A DNA stretch of 64,000 bases from Mobula birostris. Lineage: Eukaryota. The position numbers were made by a program, and so were the translations under genes. The stretch spans positions 44,925,130 to 44,989,129 of the forward strand of contig NC_092375.1 of the NCBI RefSeq assembly GCF_030028105.1, in the 5' to 3' direction. Shown here in pieces: positions 23,541 to 37,125 of the stretch (its first letter is position 1; every line of letters starts with the position of its first letter). The notes below the pieces were generated by a model, which saw only the letters and a list, made by a program, of their open reading frames with translations, was not told the DNA's origin and ran no database searches.

Positions 23541-25964
23541 TGTATAACTTTTTTTTTAGAAATACCTTTGCAATAAACAATGTTATTAGCTTTCCTAACC
23601 ACTTGTTGTACCCGCAAACCAACCTTCCATGAATTATAAATTGGGACATCCAGATCTGACTCTCAGAACTCCGCAACCCCTCATTTAGACTGTTTAATTT
23701 TTTCCTCCTGCAAAAATACACAATTCATATTTTTCCGTATGATACATTTGCCAGATATTTCAATCTATATATATCTATTTGTATTAGCTATATCCTTTTT
23801 ACAAGTTAGGTTCCTATACAACTTTGTGTCAATTTAGCAATGATACCATCATTTAATTCATATCCTTTACCAAAATTGTACCAGGCTGAAACCAAAGTTC
23901 AACAATTTGCACAAAACCACTTCACTTGTAATTGCAAATTTCCAAAGTTCTTCCTTCTCTATTCCCAATTAGCCATTTCTGATGTTAGCTTCACCTTTAT
24001 TAATACTGACACAAAATGCCCATTTCATTTGACCGCATTTCCAACTCGCTTTTTAAAAAAATCGGCCAATGCTCAACTTTTTAAGGTCAACTATGTTAAC
24101 TTTTTATACCTACAAAAAGTTTTATAATGGTTTTACAATTTTAGTTCTAAATTTCATTCCTTTTTAGTCTGTCATTTTTTTTCTATCCATTCCCTGACTT
24201 TGCACCCACATTTTTACAGTTTTATGCTTTAAGGTTGATACCGTTCTATTGTTTTCAGTTAGCTGTAGATAATGTGTCATATTGGTCCTAGAATTTTACT
24301 CTGCCAGCACAGATAGACAGTGGTCTTTCTTCCATCCCATTTACTGAAAATTGTTCACCTAGCAAATTTGCAGATTTAAAAAGAGCTGACAACATCTGAC
24401 CAACAGCTAGTGAGTGCAAGAGCTCTTCAAACATTTAACTTTCTCTGTGGCAAGATGTTTGTCTTTTCCAAAAACCGCCCCTGTCAGTTAGCTCATTAAG
24501 TAGCATACAGCTATTAAACAGCTTAGCACATTGTAAAATTCTCATGAATAGGAAAACGTACATTTAAAAAAGTTGAACATTAGTCAGGGACTACGGAAAT
24601 AGTAGGTACCTCTTGGCCCTCAGCGGCTAACCGGTGCTCCTGCTACCACCATTTATTGTGTGATCCAATACTACTTTACATCTTCTAAAGCTGCAAGATC
24701 ACAAATACTTAAAACCTTCATACAACATCATATATGCATAGATTTTTTTTTTGAATCTAGCAAGTTTAAGCAGTAACTTTGACAAAGAACATCATTCAAA
24801 ACTTACACCACGTAACCAAGCACATGAAGGTTTTGACAGTGGAACTACTTTATAAAAGCCTTTTTCACCTCAGTGCAAGCAACCTCAACTGGATTCCAAA
24901 GGCAGTTATAAATAACATAACTCCAGCAGTCTGTGACCTGCAGAGAGTAATGAAGGTGACAGAAGCAGTCATGTTATCATGGGTGCAAAATTTAGCCAAT
25001 ATAATGTGAACTCTTGTGCTAATATGCTAATCGTTTTTATTTCTGATTTCTACCATCCACAGCATTTTTATTTTGGATTACTATACAAATGGTGCTCCAT
25101 TTCCAAATGTTATACAAGCTGGATGAAGGCCCCATAAGTTTGGGAAAAGGGCTTGCTTTGTGACTAGCTTTGCTTCTACCTGAGATTTACAGTAACATTC
25201 TTCAGTACAAATAGGCTTTCCCCTTCTTTTGAAGGAGCTAGGCCTCATCTCAGCCAAATCAGCTGTTACTATTTGTTATTATGAGCCACCCCGCCCAGGC
25301 AGGATTGCTCAGACACGAGACTCTTGGTGGTATGTACTCAAGATGAAGGAGGGGTGGGGTAGCATTTATCCCCATAACATTGTGATGCCTTGTACAGTGC
25401 AAGAGGAGTGATGCAGTTTTTGTAAAGGTGTGGAGGTGGGGGCAACAACAGTATCGTCATGGTGATGGACTCACTAATCTGGTTTCCAAAGCCATTCAGT
25501 TCCTTGTTGCTTTACATTCTGGATCTCAGAATTTTGACTCCTATCTTGGCTTCAAAATGCCTGCCCCCTCCCCCGCTGGCGTTTTCAACATCACATGCTC
25601 TGTTGCAGATAGAGTCAGGACTCTCCTACTGCACAGCGACGTCTGAATCCATTAGTCAGCATTGCTCAGTCTTTCCAAAACATTCTGCCAGATGAGGTAA
25701 AGCAACAACCAAAAACATCTTGCACTGTTTGTTCAGGTAGTTCACCCAAAAGCTGCAGCTTGGCTGTAAGCAGCAGTCATTGTTGAACTGGTACTACATC
25801 TTTTGCAAAATAGGGCAATGCTCCTAATTTAACACTACAAACATACAAAGCAAGGTGTCATAGGAATTCTCAATCCCAAAGGACTGTGTTGGCTCAGACA
25901 CCGAGTAAATACTGGCCAAAAATCAGTGGAATTCAAGACACCAAATAAGTGAAGAGTCAGAAGT

Positions 25965-26575
25965 ACAGGCTGGAAAGACCATACAACAGAGGAGCAGAAT
26001 TAGCCATTCGACACATCTTGCCTTGTCTGCTGTTCCATTATGACTGATTTATTATCTCTCTTAATCCCATTCTCCTGCTTTCTCCCAGTAAACTTTGAAG
26101 AACCTATCAACCTCCACTTTAAATATACCCAAGGACTTGCCCTCCACAACCCTCAGTGGCAATGAATTACACAGATTCACCACCTACTGGATAAAAAAAA
26201 TTCTCATTTCTGTCTAAGGGGACATCATTGTATTCTAAGGCTGTGCCCTTTGGTCCTAGACTCCCCCACTATTGGGAATATTCCCTCCACAATCACTCCA
26301 TCTCTGCCTTTCAATACTGATAGGCTTCAATCAGATCCCACTCATTCTTCTAAACTCATGCGAGTGGAACCCCAGAGCCATCAAACATTAAAAATACATT
26401 AACCCTCTCAATCCTAGGATCCTCATGAACCTCCTCTGGAATCCTCTCCAATGCCAACACATCCTTTCTTAGATAAGGTGCCCTGCTCACAACACTGCAA
26501 GTGCGGTCTGACCAATGCCTTACAAGGAAAAGTGGAGTAATTACCACAGTAGAACAAATTTTAAGGGCCAAGTGA
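25965..26575 (-). mobile_element. CR1 3' fragment
   Basis: SDRTCSVVS..PYLRKDVLALER.....T; tail gaccatacaacagaggagcagaattagccattc. Confidence 0.8.
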
Positions 26576-27739
26576 TCAATTTCTTCTCGTCTTTTATATA
26601 AAGGAGGCTCCACTTCAAAATCTCAGTCCTGCAAATTGAGCAAAGCAATTAACCAAGAGGTGCCGGAGATGGAGTACAGGACAGCTCTAACCTACCCCAT
26701 GCTACTGTACTGGTTTGATTCTTCCGAGAGCGAATCAGGATTAAAGTGGAAACTTAAAAGCAAGTTCTGTATCACAAAGTTATGAAACAAACTTAAACAA
26801 AGAACAGAGCTAATGAAGATTGTGAAAGCAAGTGAAAATTGTAAAATGCTATCAGGGAGACAATGACAGGAAAAAAGTAGGGTCAGGCAAAATGACAAAT
26901 CGATGCACACAGTGAAGTGCAGAGTTGGGCATAGAAGAATTGAAATTGGATTGGCTTGATTCATAGACAGGAATTGAACAACGTCCACAGAGAGTGAGCA
27001 TAGTTTGGAGACACCAAGGTTCAGAGAGCTGGCTTCTGGCCTCCATTTTTCTAATGATCTGCTGGTGTTTCCAGGAAATGTAACATATTGCCATGCCATA
27101 TCTTTGATACACAGGCAGGACAGAACAAGAGATGAAACATTCCTGTAACTTTCTACTTAATTTCAGGTGTGCTGGATAGCTGCTTCAGGAATCAAAGTGC
27201 AGCAGGCTCAGCACCCATAAGGTGTTATAAACCAGGAAACCTTGAAGAGCAGAACAAACCACACCACACTGAACCCTTTTGCCCCAATTTTGCCATAGAT
27301 ACGAGTTTAGTGGTAGGGCTGGAGCAGGAAAGAACTAAAGAAACAGAAGGGTGCGAGACAGAAATCAAGTTAATAGATGATTAGTGTGAATATTAAAAAA
27401 ACACCTTTTACTGCAGTTTGCCATGAGATATGACAACAAATAATCATGAACACCAACGAACAACTTTATGTAATAAATAGCTTGGTACAACTATGCCAAT
27501 TACAGTGGCAAGTAAAGAGATACAGGAGTTTCAAACAATTTGAATAAAATTGTATTGTTCATGAGCATTGTAGATAATTTTTAAAAAAAGTTTTTATACT
27601 ATGAAATATACAAATCTGCTGGTAAAACCTCACTTAGCAAATTAAAGAAACATATTTAAAGACCAAAATAAATTTCAGTAATTTAGCACTTTGAAAGAAA
27701 CATCTTGAATACTTTGGAATATATTTACATATGATAGAA

Positions 27740-27821
27740 TAGGGGTTCCTAACCCCTTTTTTATGCCTTGGAGCCTTATTATTAACCGAGGGGTCCACAG
27801 ATCCCAAGTTGGAAATCCTTG
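27740..27821. mobile_element. ~80-bp hAT-type MITE, copy 2
   Basis: taggggttcctaacc...ttatgcc.tgga...gaggggtc...ccaagttggaaatccttg, homologous to 9102-9181. Confidence 0.7.
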
Positions 27822-28744
27822 CGATACAGAATGAGTGCCCTACAGTTTTCCATTTGGTTTCCTGCAGAACCAAGCTCATGAAATCACACAGTAAATTACA
27901 GGAAAAATGGGAAGGGCTAGAGTGAAAAAAATATTAAAGTATAACAGATATTTGATTTTTCCTTTTCCCCAGATGAACCTGGGATTGTGGACATGGCACT
28001 CACATTCTTTACAAGTGTGTTCCATTTTTATTTTTAAAAAATGATCCAGCATTACTAGTGCAAAGCTAAAGCCCACAGGGTGAAATTCCATTAACAGTTT
28101 TTCAGATGAAAGAACAGACTTTGTTCAAGCTTGATTAATATTTCCTTCCATTACTATACCCTACATAAATTACCCTCAGGCACACCAGCTGAATTGCACC
28201 ACCGAAGGGTCTATCTTAAGCAAGCTGTTTTCATAGATCAAGTCTAATTTAAAATACTCTCAATCAAGTCTAATTTAAAATACTCTCATGAAGGACAAAA
28301 GAAAATCAGAGTTAACCACATCTTAGCAACCACTGACAAATGTCCAGACAGACTAGGTGTAAAGGAAGTATGGGGAGGAATGCATATATTAATAACTTAA
28401 ACATCTGTTGCACAATGAAACTCAACACTGACAATATTCTAAGAAAAACAACATCAGGACATAATGCTGGTAGTTTCATGATCAGCAAGTCTGGCTGGAT
28501 TTTTAAAAAATATAAACTTGCACAATTAGACAATCTGAAGAGGAAATGTTTGAAGATACAAAAAAGGCAACCATCATAAGTCTGGCAAACACATACAAGT
28601 CTGCAGAAAAAGAGTTACAATTCTCTTAAGTGAAAGAAGATTTAAGTAAGTGAACAATTGTAACTGTCAGTGGTTCTAATTTGAACTAATAAATTATGTT
28701 GTAAATGCCAATATTTAAAAGGCATGAGATTACAATTCTAAACA

Positions 28745-29010
28745 AAATATCAAGTTCAAAGTACACTTATTATCAATTTATAAATTATACACCTTGCGAT
28801 TTGTTTGTTTACAGCTAGCCACAAAGAAAGAAACATTAAAAAACCCAAATAAAAAAACCAAAACTACTGCGCTGAGGGAGAGGGAAATCACACACACACC
28901 CCATGTAAACAACAGGAGCAAACGACAGCATTTTGAACCAGATGGAGCCCTTAGATCCGGTCCCAGAGTAGGCCCAAGCCTCAATCTCAGTCCATTATAC
29001 TAGCAGGGCA
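28745..29010 (-). mobile_element. Non-autonomous retroposon fragment with L2-type (TTTGAAC) tail
   Basis: caagttcaaagtacacttattatcaa tail shared with 17495 and 30256; no coding remnant. Confidence 0.5.
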
Positions 29011-30255
29011 AAAACTTCGCTAAATGTATCAGTAATTATTTTACAGACTCATGAATATTCCAACTAAATGGAGTGTTCACTCACCTGTACAAAACAAGGT
29101 AACTCACACACACATACTTTGCAGAGATGCGCTCTGCCTCTTCAGATCTGTTGCACAGGACTGCTAGTTTAACTTCTCTGGAGATGGTTACATCTCAAGT
29201 TTTAACTTCTGCAGGTGGGAAGTCAGCAGCAGTTGTAGCTATTGTACTGCTTTATGACTAAACATTCAAATCTGGGCTCTCACCCACTGCAGGTTCAGTG
29301 TGTGAATGCCTTTAAAGGTGTATTGCCATTTCAACAGCATGAGGAATTTAATAGTGCAGTGCAAGATTCCTGTTAGCAAAACATAGCCTGCCATTCACTG
29401 ATGCTAACAAGGTTATGGCACCACTGGAAAACAGAAGTTTTAGCTGTCGAACAATTTCACCCTGTGATTTCCACACTTGGTCGGCAAAAAAAAAGGAAAG
29501 TATGTACAGTCCCTACTACGGGTGGCTCTTTAGATCATTATTAGGAGCAGAAGGCAGTACGACTGGCTGAACTTCCTTCCACCACCAATGTGATGAGACA
29601 GTGAACGGACACAGCTGGCTGACTTCCTGGTGAGGAGGTCATGAAAATTCACACTAATGCTGTGAAGATCGACACAATGTTAAATCTCTGCACCAAATTC
29701 GATCTTTCAACTATTGCACCAGGTATTTTAGGCCTATTTGTGGGGGGGGTGGGTGTTTGGTGCTGATGACGAGACACAGCTCTCATTCTCCAAATGTCCT
29801 CGGTATACAAAATAGGGGAAAAGGGCTAGTTAACGAGATTCCTCATTTATTTCACACCTCCTGTATAACCATGATGACTGTGGAGAAATGTGCATTCTAG
29901 AAAGAATGTAGCCACAGATAACGGTAGTCTTTCATTTGCAATACAAACTGAGGACTGGAAGGAGTACTGCCTTTCTGGCAAATATACCCAATTGCTCAAG
30001 AACTAGTCTTTACACCTGAACTTTTAAAGAATTCAGAAATGTTAGTACTGCAAGGGCAGACTATGTTGCAACAATGAAAAATTGTATGAATTGACTACAG
30101 CCTTTGGCCAAAGCATCTATGGCAACGTGAAAGACAAGTTACCGGATGAATACATTAGATCATGCAGCAACTATAAAAGGAAGAGTTGATGTTTCAGGTT
30201 TAGACTCTTCAAATAAGCCAAGTAGAAATTATCTAATAATTTACTGTGTCATTGT

Positions 30256-30990
30256 TTCAAAGTTCAAAGCACATTTATTATCAAAGTATGTAAACTGCAT
30301 ACAACCTTGAGAATCATCTCCTTACAGGCAGCCACAAAACAAAGAAACCCAATGGAACACATTAAAACGAAGAGCGTCCTACACCCAATGTGCAAAAAAA
30401 GGAACAAGTCGTGCAAACAATAAAAAGTAAGCAAATAACATTCAGAACAGTGAGCTCACAGCCATGAAGCCAATCACAGATGATCCAGGAGACGGCAAGC
30501 CACAGCCTCAGTTCAGCACAGAGATGAACCGCTGAGCATTGAACTGAACCCCAGTCTGCCCTTGGACACTAGCCCCGACACCCTGACCTTTTCAATCTGG
30601 CCCATTGCTTAAGTCGGCCAAACCTTGGGTTGTTCCTCGCTCTTGGGCCTGGGCCCTGCCACTTTGATACGCTCTTGGGCCTGGGCCCTGCTGCCTCGAT
30701 TTGGCTTGTACCCACTCTTTCCAATCTGGCCCAATGCTTAAATCAGTCAAACGTTGACTCTTTCCTCTCTCTGGATCCATTGCTTCCAATCAGCTTCAAG
30801 TCCGCTCCAGCAATGGCCATATATTGGCTCATTCTGTGTTCTTGGGCCCGGGCTCCACTGCCTTGATTCAGCCCGCACATGCCCTTCCAACTTCTGTTCA
30901 CACCGCAAAAATGCCACGTTGTACATGTGGTTCAAAAGCTCATCTCCGAAAGTGAAGTTACAGGCTATTGACTGCTGTGATCATTTTCCA
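30256..30990 (-). mobile_element. Non-autonomous retroposon with L2-type tail and GC-rich, internally repetitive body
   Basis: ttcaaagttcaaagcacatttattatcaaagt tail; internal repeat gctcttgggcctgggccctgc twice (~30639-30692); no RT remnant. Confidence 0.55.
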
Positions 30991-31825
30991 GAAAAGTGTG
31001 ATTAATAAAGTAGTTAATTGTTTAGACTCGAAATGCAAAATATTCTAAGAAAAAGCCAGGCATGTCATAAGTGGATTGTATTGGAGTTTGTTGTATTATA
31101 CCCATCGTTCTCTAGTATAAATTTTAGTTTGTAATACACATTCAAAGACAGCAATAAAACGTTTCCCCATTTATTGAAATTCATCACTTCAAATGGAACT
31201 TCATGCCCTGCCCAAAAGCAGCAGAGAATATATTTCTCTCTGGCAGAAAAGCTCCCCACTATTCGGTACACTTTTCTCCAATGAGAAAGATTTTAAGAAC
31301 ATGCTGAACACATCTTGTTTATTCCCCTAGCCTCTGCCTTTTTAAAGCTGGAACTTGTCACTTTGCATAAAATTACCTCTATAATCGTCACACAATGATT
31401 TTGAACTTGCCTTGGCAAAGCAAATACTTATTCATATTAGCATTCAAGAGAATGGAGTTTATTGCGCAACCCACCAGTGGTAATTTGAAAGCACAGTAAT
31501 ATGGTGTCTGACCAGCAGGCACCAAGGTAGTGTGGCTTGGTCCAGCTCTACTTGACAGAAATGGCAAAGGTGGAAGAAACTGGCAGTATCTCCGTAGCAT
31601 GACTTATTGCAGTGAAAAATAATAAATTTGCAAAAATCACACTGCCATTCCCAAATTATTTTTACTCAACTCAAGACTGAACATGGCTTTCTTAAAAATA
31701 ATTACAAATCATTGCATGAGGCCAAACTTTTAAAGATTTGACATTTTCTTTGTCGTCCTCAAATGTCAGCATACAGGTAGTTTCAGTAGTTTCTCTCCAG
31801 TGGTCACTGAACAGTGCAAAAGATC

Positions 31826-31989
31826 TCAGCTCAGGCATTTCCGGAGTAACCCACGTCGCTCATCTATCGGTACATTTCCTCCTCTAGGTATGCTTGGAGA
31901 AGCGCAATATCCGATGGCACAGGCGAGAATACCAATCAATAAGGCACTGCCAATCCCATACAACAAAGGCATCTTAAAGGAATCTAGTA
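31826..31989 (-). CDS. PTGFRN: PTGFRN last coding exon: transmembrane helix, cytoplasmic tail and stop
   Basis: Acceptor ttttcttttag|TA; (V)LDSFKMPLLYGIGSALLIGILACAIGYC...ERRGLLRKCLS*; TGA at 31826-31828. Resembles the recalled human AFKYPLLIGVGLSTVIGLLSCLIGYC. Confidence 0.88.
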
Positions 31990-32915
31990 CTAAAAGAAAA
32001 AGTGGAAACAATAAGTTAGTACATCTTTCTTTGGTCTGCTATCCTTCCTGCATTAAGCCACTTATTTCTATTCCAGCACCTTATTATTTCCAAAATGTAC
32101 TTTGAAGTTTCTTTTATTCACCAAGTTGTCCAATTAAACACTCATTTCCTTGGTTCTTAATATTAACTTTGTAAATATCTTATAATTAACTTTCAGCATT
32201 TTAATATTTCTCACAATTTTTAAGCTTCTGCTACTCTCATATAACTTTGATAGTCCCAGGCTCAGGAAATTTTCACCTTTAGAGAATCACACGTTATATG
32301 CCACCTAGAAATGCACAATGCTAAAATATTCTTGTAGATATCTTCAGCATTAACTGGGATTCCTTTTTATTGAAGAGGTGTTATGTCATCAAAGCGTCTT
32401 TGCTTTTCAAGATAACCAAAAAAAAGCTACGTTTTTAGTTCAAGGTATCTGTCTTAACAAAATGCTAACCATGAAGTGGCCCAACAGCTTTTCCTCAGTC
32501 ACTCAATACCAGGTTTATTATCAATGCCCAAGCGTGGTAGAACCCGCCATGAATCTTGGTCCACATAATATTGGCTAATTTCAGCCAGGTTTCATTTGAT
32601 TCTGTGATCGCTCTTCGTACCCCAAGCCAGATAAAAAGGCAAAATATAGATTGCTCCAAATTAAAATAAAAATTGAACTATAATACATTTTCCAGCATGC
32701 AAAATTTAAGAGAATTTATTCTTCCTGTACCCTTGTCACTTTAAACATTGACAATTATATGAAAATACACATCCCATTTCCTACCAACTTTGGAGGAAAG
32801 ACGGGAAGAAGGTATATTTTTTCCACCAAATTACATTCACACCCTTTGCACCCACTAAAAACACATGGATCATCAGAATCTCTGGCTTCTCCTTTCCAAG
32901 CAAATTGAAACTAAC

Positions 32916-33215
32916 CTGAAATATCAACGCGTACTGAAAGTATCCCAGATTGTTGTGGTGGTATTTTCTGCCATGTTCCAGTCTCAGATTTTATCCACGG
33001 TGCCACCTTGCAAGAATAATCTCCGGAAAAATCGCTATCGGAGCAGTGTAAGCGCAGACGGAATTGCTGCATGCTGGTTCGCTCAACGCTCATGCTGCTG
33101 GTACCAAAGCCTTTCAGATATGTCACCACTGATCTCTGATCCACAAACACCAAAGGACTCTGGCTGACATTAAAAGAATGTCGTTGGAAGAACCACTCCA
33201 CCTCAAATAAAACAT
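32916..33215 (-). CDS. PTGFRN: PTGFRN exon, second part of Ig domain 6 (300 nt)
   Basis: ttcctcag|AT ... TCA G|gttag; (D)VLFEVEWF...FRLRLHCSDSDFSGDYSCKVAPWIKSETGTWQK; phase 1-1. Confidence 0.9.
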
Positions 33216-35833
33216 CTGAGGAAAGTCAATAAATTATTTGGATTAATAAACAGTCTACAACATACATCTAAATTTGATTCAATCCCATTTATAGGATCCA
33301 CAGTATTGGATGCTAATATTAACTTCTGGATTTGAGTAATGTTACTCAATTAATTTACTAACCTAGAAAAGGACACTCGTATAGGGATATGCACATTTAC
33401 CCGAAAGGGTGTTAGAATATTATTTACGGACAAGAAATCAGTGATGGAATTAGAAAATTAGTAATCAGTATAGACTTCTGTCCAAATTGCCTTCCAAAAA
33501 GAGCACTGTTCATCTTTTACAATGGGAAGGGAGGAGTCAATGACATTGTGATTGTTCCTTAAAAATAAACCCAGATGCATACAAAATACCCTCAACCAAT
33601 ACCTCACAGCAAATCCAATATCCTGGCTTATAATAACATGAATAAGGCAGATCTGATTGCCCATTTTAAAAATAAGATTTTTCCAATGCTCAAATTTCAC
33701 AATATTTTGCGGTATGTGCAGTTGAAAGTGTGATCTAGATAGTGCTGGTGAGGGGAGAAGAGCATTGTGACCAAAACGTAAACAACCAACCAGCTATCTT
33801 ATTAACCAAATAAACTGAGTAAGCTGAGGACTTGAGAAATTAGTAGAGGTAGTGGGGGAAATTTGTTGAATTTAATGTTGATTCCTTTTTTGTATCTGAT
33901 TTGGAGGAGAAAATTAGATTAAAAGCAGGACACAAAGGGAGAAAAGTTTACTTCAAGCTTTTTAAATATCCGTAACCACTTACTAGAAAGGATATATCCT
34001 ACAGTTGCTTTAATTAGGTTTCAGTGCCAGAGATATTCATTAGCAAGGATCAATAGTTTCTCTTTCCTTAAAAATCAATTTGATATCCAGGCCAGTATTA
34101 ACATGTGCCAACATAAAATATATCAGAGACATTTCTTGTGTTACTTCAAACCAGTTCCAATTTCTGGTAGCAAGTTAGGTTTACAAGGATCATGCAGGAC
34201 CAGAACCTTCACTGCACTCAATGGATTTCATGGAGCTAAAGAACAAGTGGCTGATTTTTGCAAGGTTAATTACGGCACCTTGTACTGCACCTTGGCTGCA
34301 AATTCTTGATATCTGTACTTAACCATGCACCATCAACATCACCATTATTTTGAGAGCAGTGGAGTAGAATCTCAAAACAACACTGAACCTCTGCCTGTCA
34401 CAGATTATTCAGCTGCTAATCTGAAAGTCACATACCAGAATAGTTCTATATATTTTAAATTAGTACATTAGTAAAACATTGATTAGGGACACTGCATTAA
34501 ATATATTCTGAAAGCTCAAAAGGTTTATCAGTGAAAGTGGGTAAAGCTTTAACCTATTACGGGGTACAGTCATCATAACAAAATTTCAGTAGATTAATTA
34601 TCGCAGAGTAACTGAATGCACTCAGTCATGCCAACCATCAGACAAACTGAAGAAACCCAAAGGTCATAGAACAGTACAGCACAGGAACAGGCCCTTCAGC
34701 TTGCAATATCTGTGCCGAACCCACGGGTATTAATTTTGTACCACCTTATTCAGTGTATTTTCATTTTGGAAGAACTTCAACTGTAACACCAGTTCAGACA
34801 TGAGTTCTAAGCATATAGTATCCTGGAGAGCTGTGAATAAGACCAATAGATACTTCAACCTCTCTTACAGAGAAAGGGGAGAGAGGAATGGGGGGAAAGA
34901 GCATCAAAAAAAATTGGTTGGAAGCAAGGGATTTAACAAAGAGACACCTAAAACCCACTGATTCAAAACTTCTGCCAAACTTTTGGCCATAAATGTGGAA
35001 ACCCTGAGCTTCCACACAGTTGCCTTCATTACAGACACAGTCTACATTGGTATCATTGGATTCAGTGGTAGAGGGCATCAGCCATGCAGTTATTCAGCTG
35101 GGAAATCTGACAGATGAACCAGTTCAGAGACTCCATTCATTTCAATGGAGAGGAATATCAAGCAGATAACTTTCAGCTAGTTTACATTTTAAGTCAGTTA
35201 ATTTGAAAATTGAATTAAAGTTCTTTTTTGGAATGGGCTCTTAAATGTTTCAGTCAATTCATTTTCCTTAAAAATGCAATAATTTATTAAACAATAAATG
35301 CAACATTTAGTGTTCGTAAATGTTCACACACATACAAGACATTCCCAGATATTCGAGCTGTGACAACACTGACAGGCTTCAGGTCAGAGGTCACTGGTTG
35401 TGCAGGCATCTGTGCAATTCACAGGAGGCTGGTTAAAAGGTCTGAGCTGAGAAGGCTGTCACCGGGGCGGGGGGAACAAGCTAAGGGTGGTTGGTGAGCA
35501 GTTCATAACTCTGATGAAACTCTAGGTCTGCTTTTGACACAAAGGATGGGGAGCATTTAAAATGAAGAGCATTTTTTCCTTCAAGTCCATTGACTTTATG
35601 CAACCTGCACATCTGATAAATGCAACATTCCCTAAAGTACATACATTTTGTGTAAAAGACAAGTAGTGGGGCTGTATGAATTGAATCAGAACAAATTCCT
35701 AAATGGCAGCAGCTGTTATGAGAAATCACAGTAGCTTGGTGAAGACACAAATCTGCTGAATGTCAATCAACCCAGTGAAGTTATTCTGGCACTACACACC
35801 ATAATAGTTCTAGAGTAAGCTTTCTAAAATTAC

Positions 35834-35941
35834 CTGAGGTGTCTGGTATCTCTGACAGGTCAAAAGTGCAATTCATTTCCAAAGTCTCTCCTTGGTACAC
35901 ATGAGGTCTCTCAGACTCCAATGTCACGTTAAACTGAGGTG
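35834..35941 (-). CDS. PTGFRN: PTGFRN exon, first part of Ig domain 6 (108 nt)
   Basis: ttttactctatag|CA ... TCA G|gtaatt; (A)PQFNVTLESERPHVYQGETLEMNCTFDLSEIPDTS; supplies the B-strand Cys missing from the next exon. Confidence 0.88.
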
Positions 35942-37125
35942 CTATAGAGTAAAATGAGACATTAATAGACAAGCAATGGTATTTATAAATGCTCATTAAA
36001 TGCAAGCATATTTTTAAACTTTGGAATTGCATTTAGTAGAAGGAAGATAAACAAATTGTACTTTACACAACTTAAGGTCTAGAATAGAACAACTAAAAGA
36101 ACTCTCAGTTTCTGTGATTGGGCAGCACTGAGCACTGGATATTAAAAGACAAACCATTTTCCTAGCAACCCTTCCAGGGATTATTTGCCTTTGCTGGTGC
36201 ACAATTCTGTTGATATTGACTGATTGCACAGTTCCTTCAGCAGCACCTTTCCTTCACTGAGAATTGTTGGAAAGCATGGAAACCATGAGCAGGAAAATCT
36301 AATTGTGACCAAGTTGGAAAGGTCTTGAAATGGAGTGTGCAATCTTCCCCACTACAAAGCTTGCCGTCTTAGGTGGTGGTGCCTTTCTCTGCACAAACAA
36401 TACAAGTCATGAAACTATCTGTTAGCCAAAATACTGGAAGAAACCCTGTTCTCTTCTTTGAAGCCATGGATCTTTTACTTCCACTCACGAGTTAAAAATA
36501 CCACATCAGGTCAGCAACTTGAAATGTGTTGGGGAGGGGGGGAACACCATTATTTAAACTCTAAAGAAAGCAGAGAATAGTGACCTGCTGGCCTATCAAT
36601 AGAATGGGGCAGAACTAATAAGGATTTATGATAAGGAAATTGTATGCAACAATTGTGATAGTCTATTTTGTTTATATGTGGTTGTAACTGGAAGAAGAGA
36701 CGAGGAGCAAATGGATGCGAGAATGTTCGCATTAAGGGTTATACACACGCACGGACTGAGGATTGCTTAATGGAGAGAAAGCGTAAAAATCATCCTGGTC
36801 ATTTTTGGTTTGGGAGGTTATAATTTGTGGGGTGCCAGAGGGATCATTGCTGGTTCTGAACTGTTCACAGTTCATATTAACAACTTGGGCAGAGTGAGTT
36901 CTAGGAAACAAATGAACTGCTGATCATATTGTTTCTTGTGTTGTAGTCCTATATCATAGAAACAGGCCTTTCAAGCCCACTTTTCCCTCCCACTGCATTC
37001 TACTACTCATTAGGGGATAACACATCTTCAGAACATTCATAATCACCTCCAGTGATACTTGATGCAAAGTATTGTTCTTACGTATGTGCCATTTCCTCAT
37101 GATCCTCTTCCTTCCATAGTGCTCT

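Noticed and set aside
24860-24940. Possible small minus-strand exon (ctgcag|...ag|gtgaaa) with a hydrophobic peptide
   Set aside because: Weak donor, no homology, and no partner exons.
29075-29150. Strong minus-strand donor (tacag|gtgagt) suggesting the first exon of a downstream CD101/IGSF3-like gene
   Set aside because: The nearest ATG frame hits TGA after three codons, and no downstream Ig exons were found in 1-29000.
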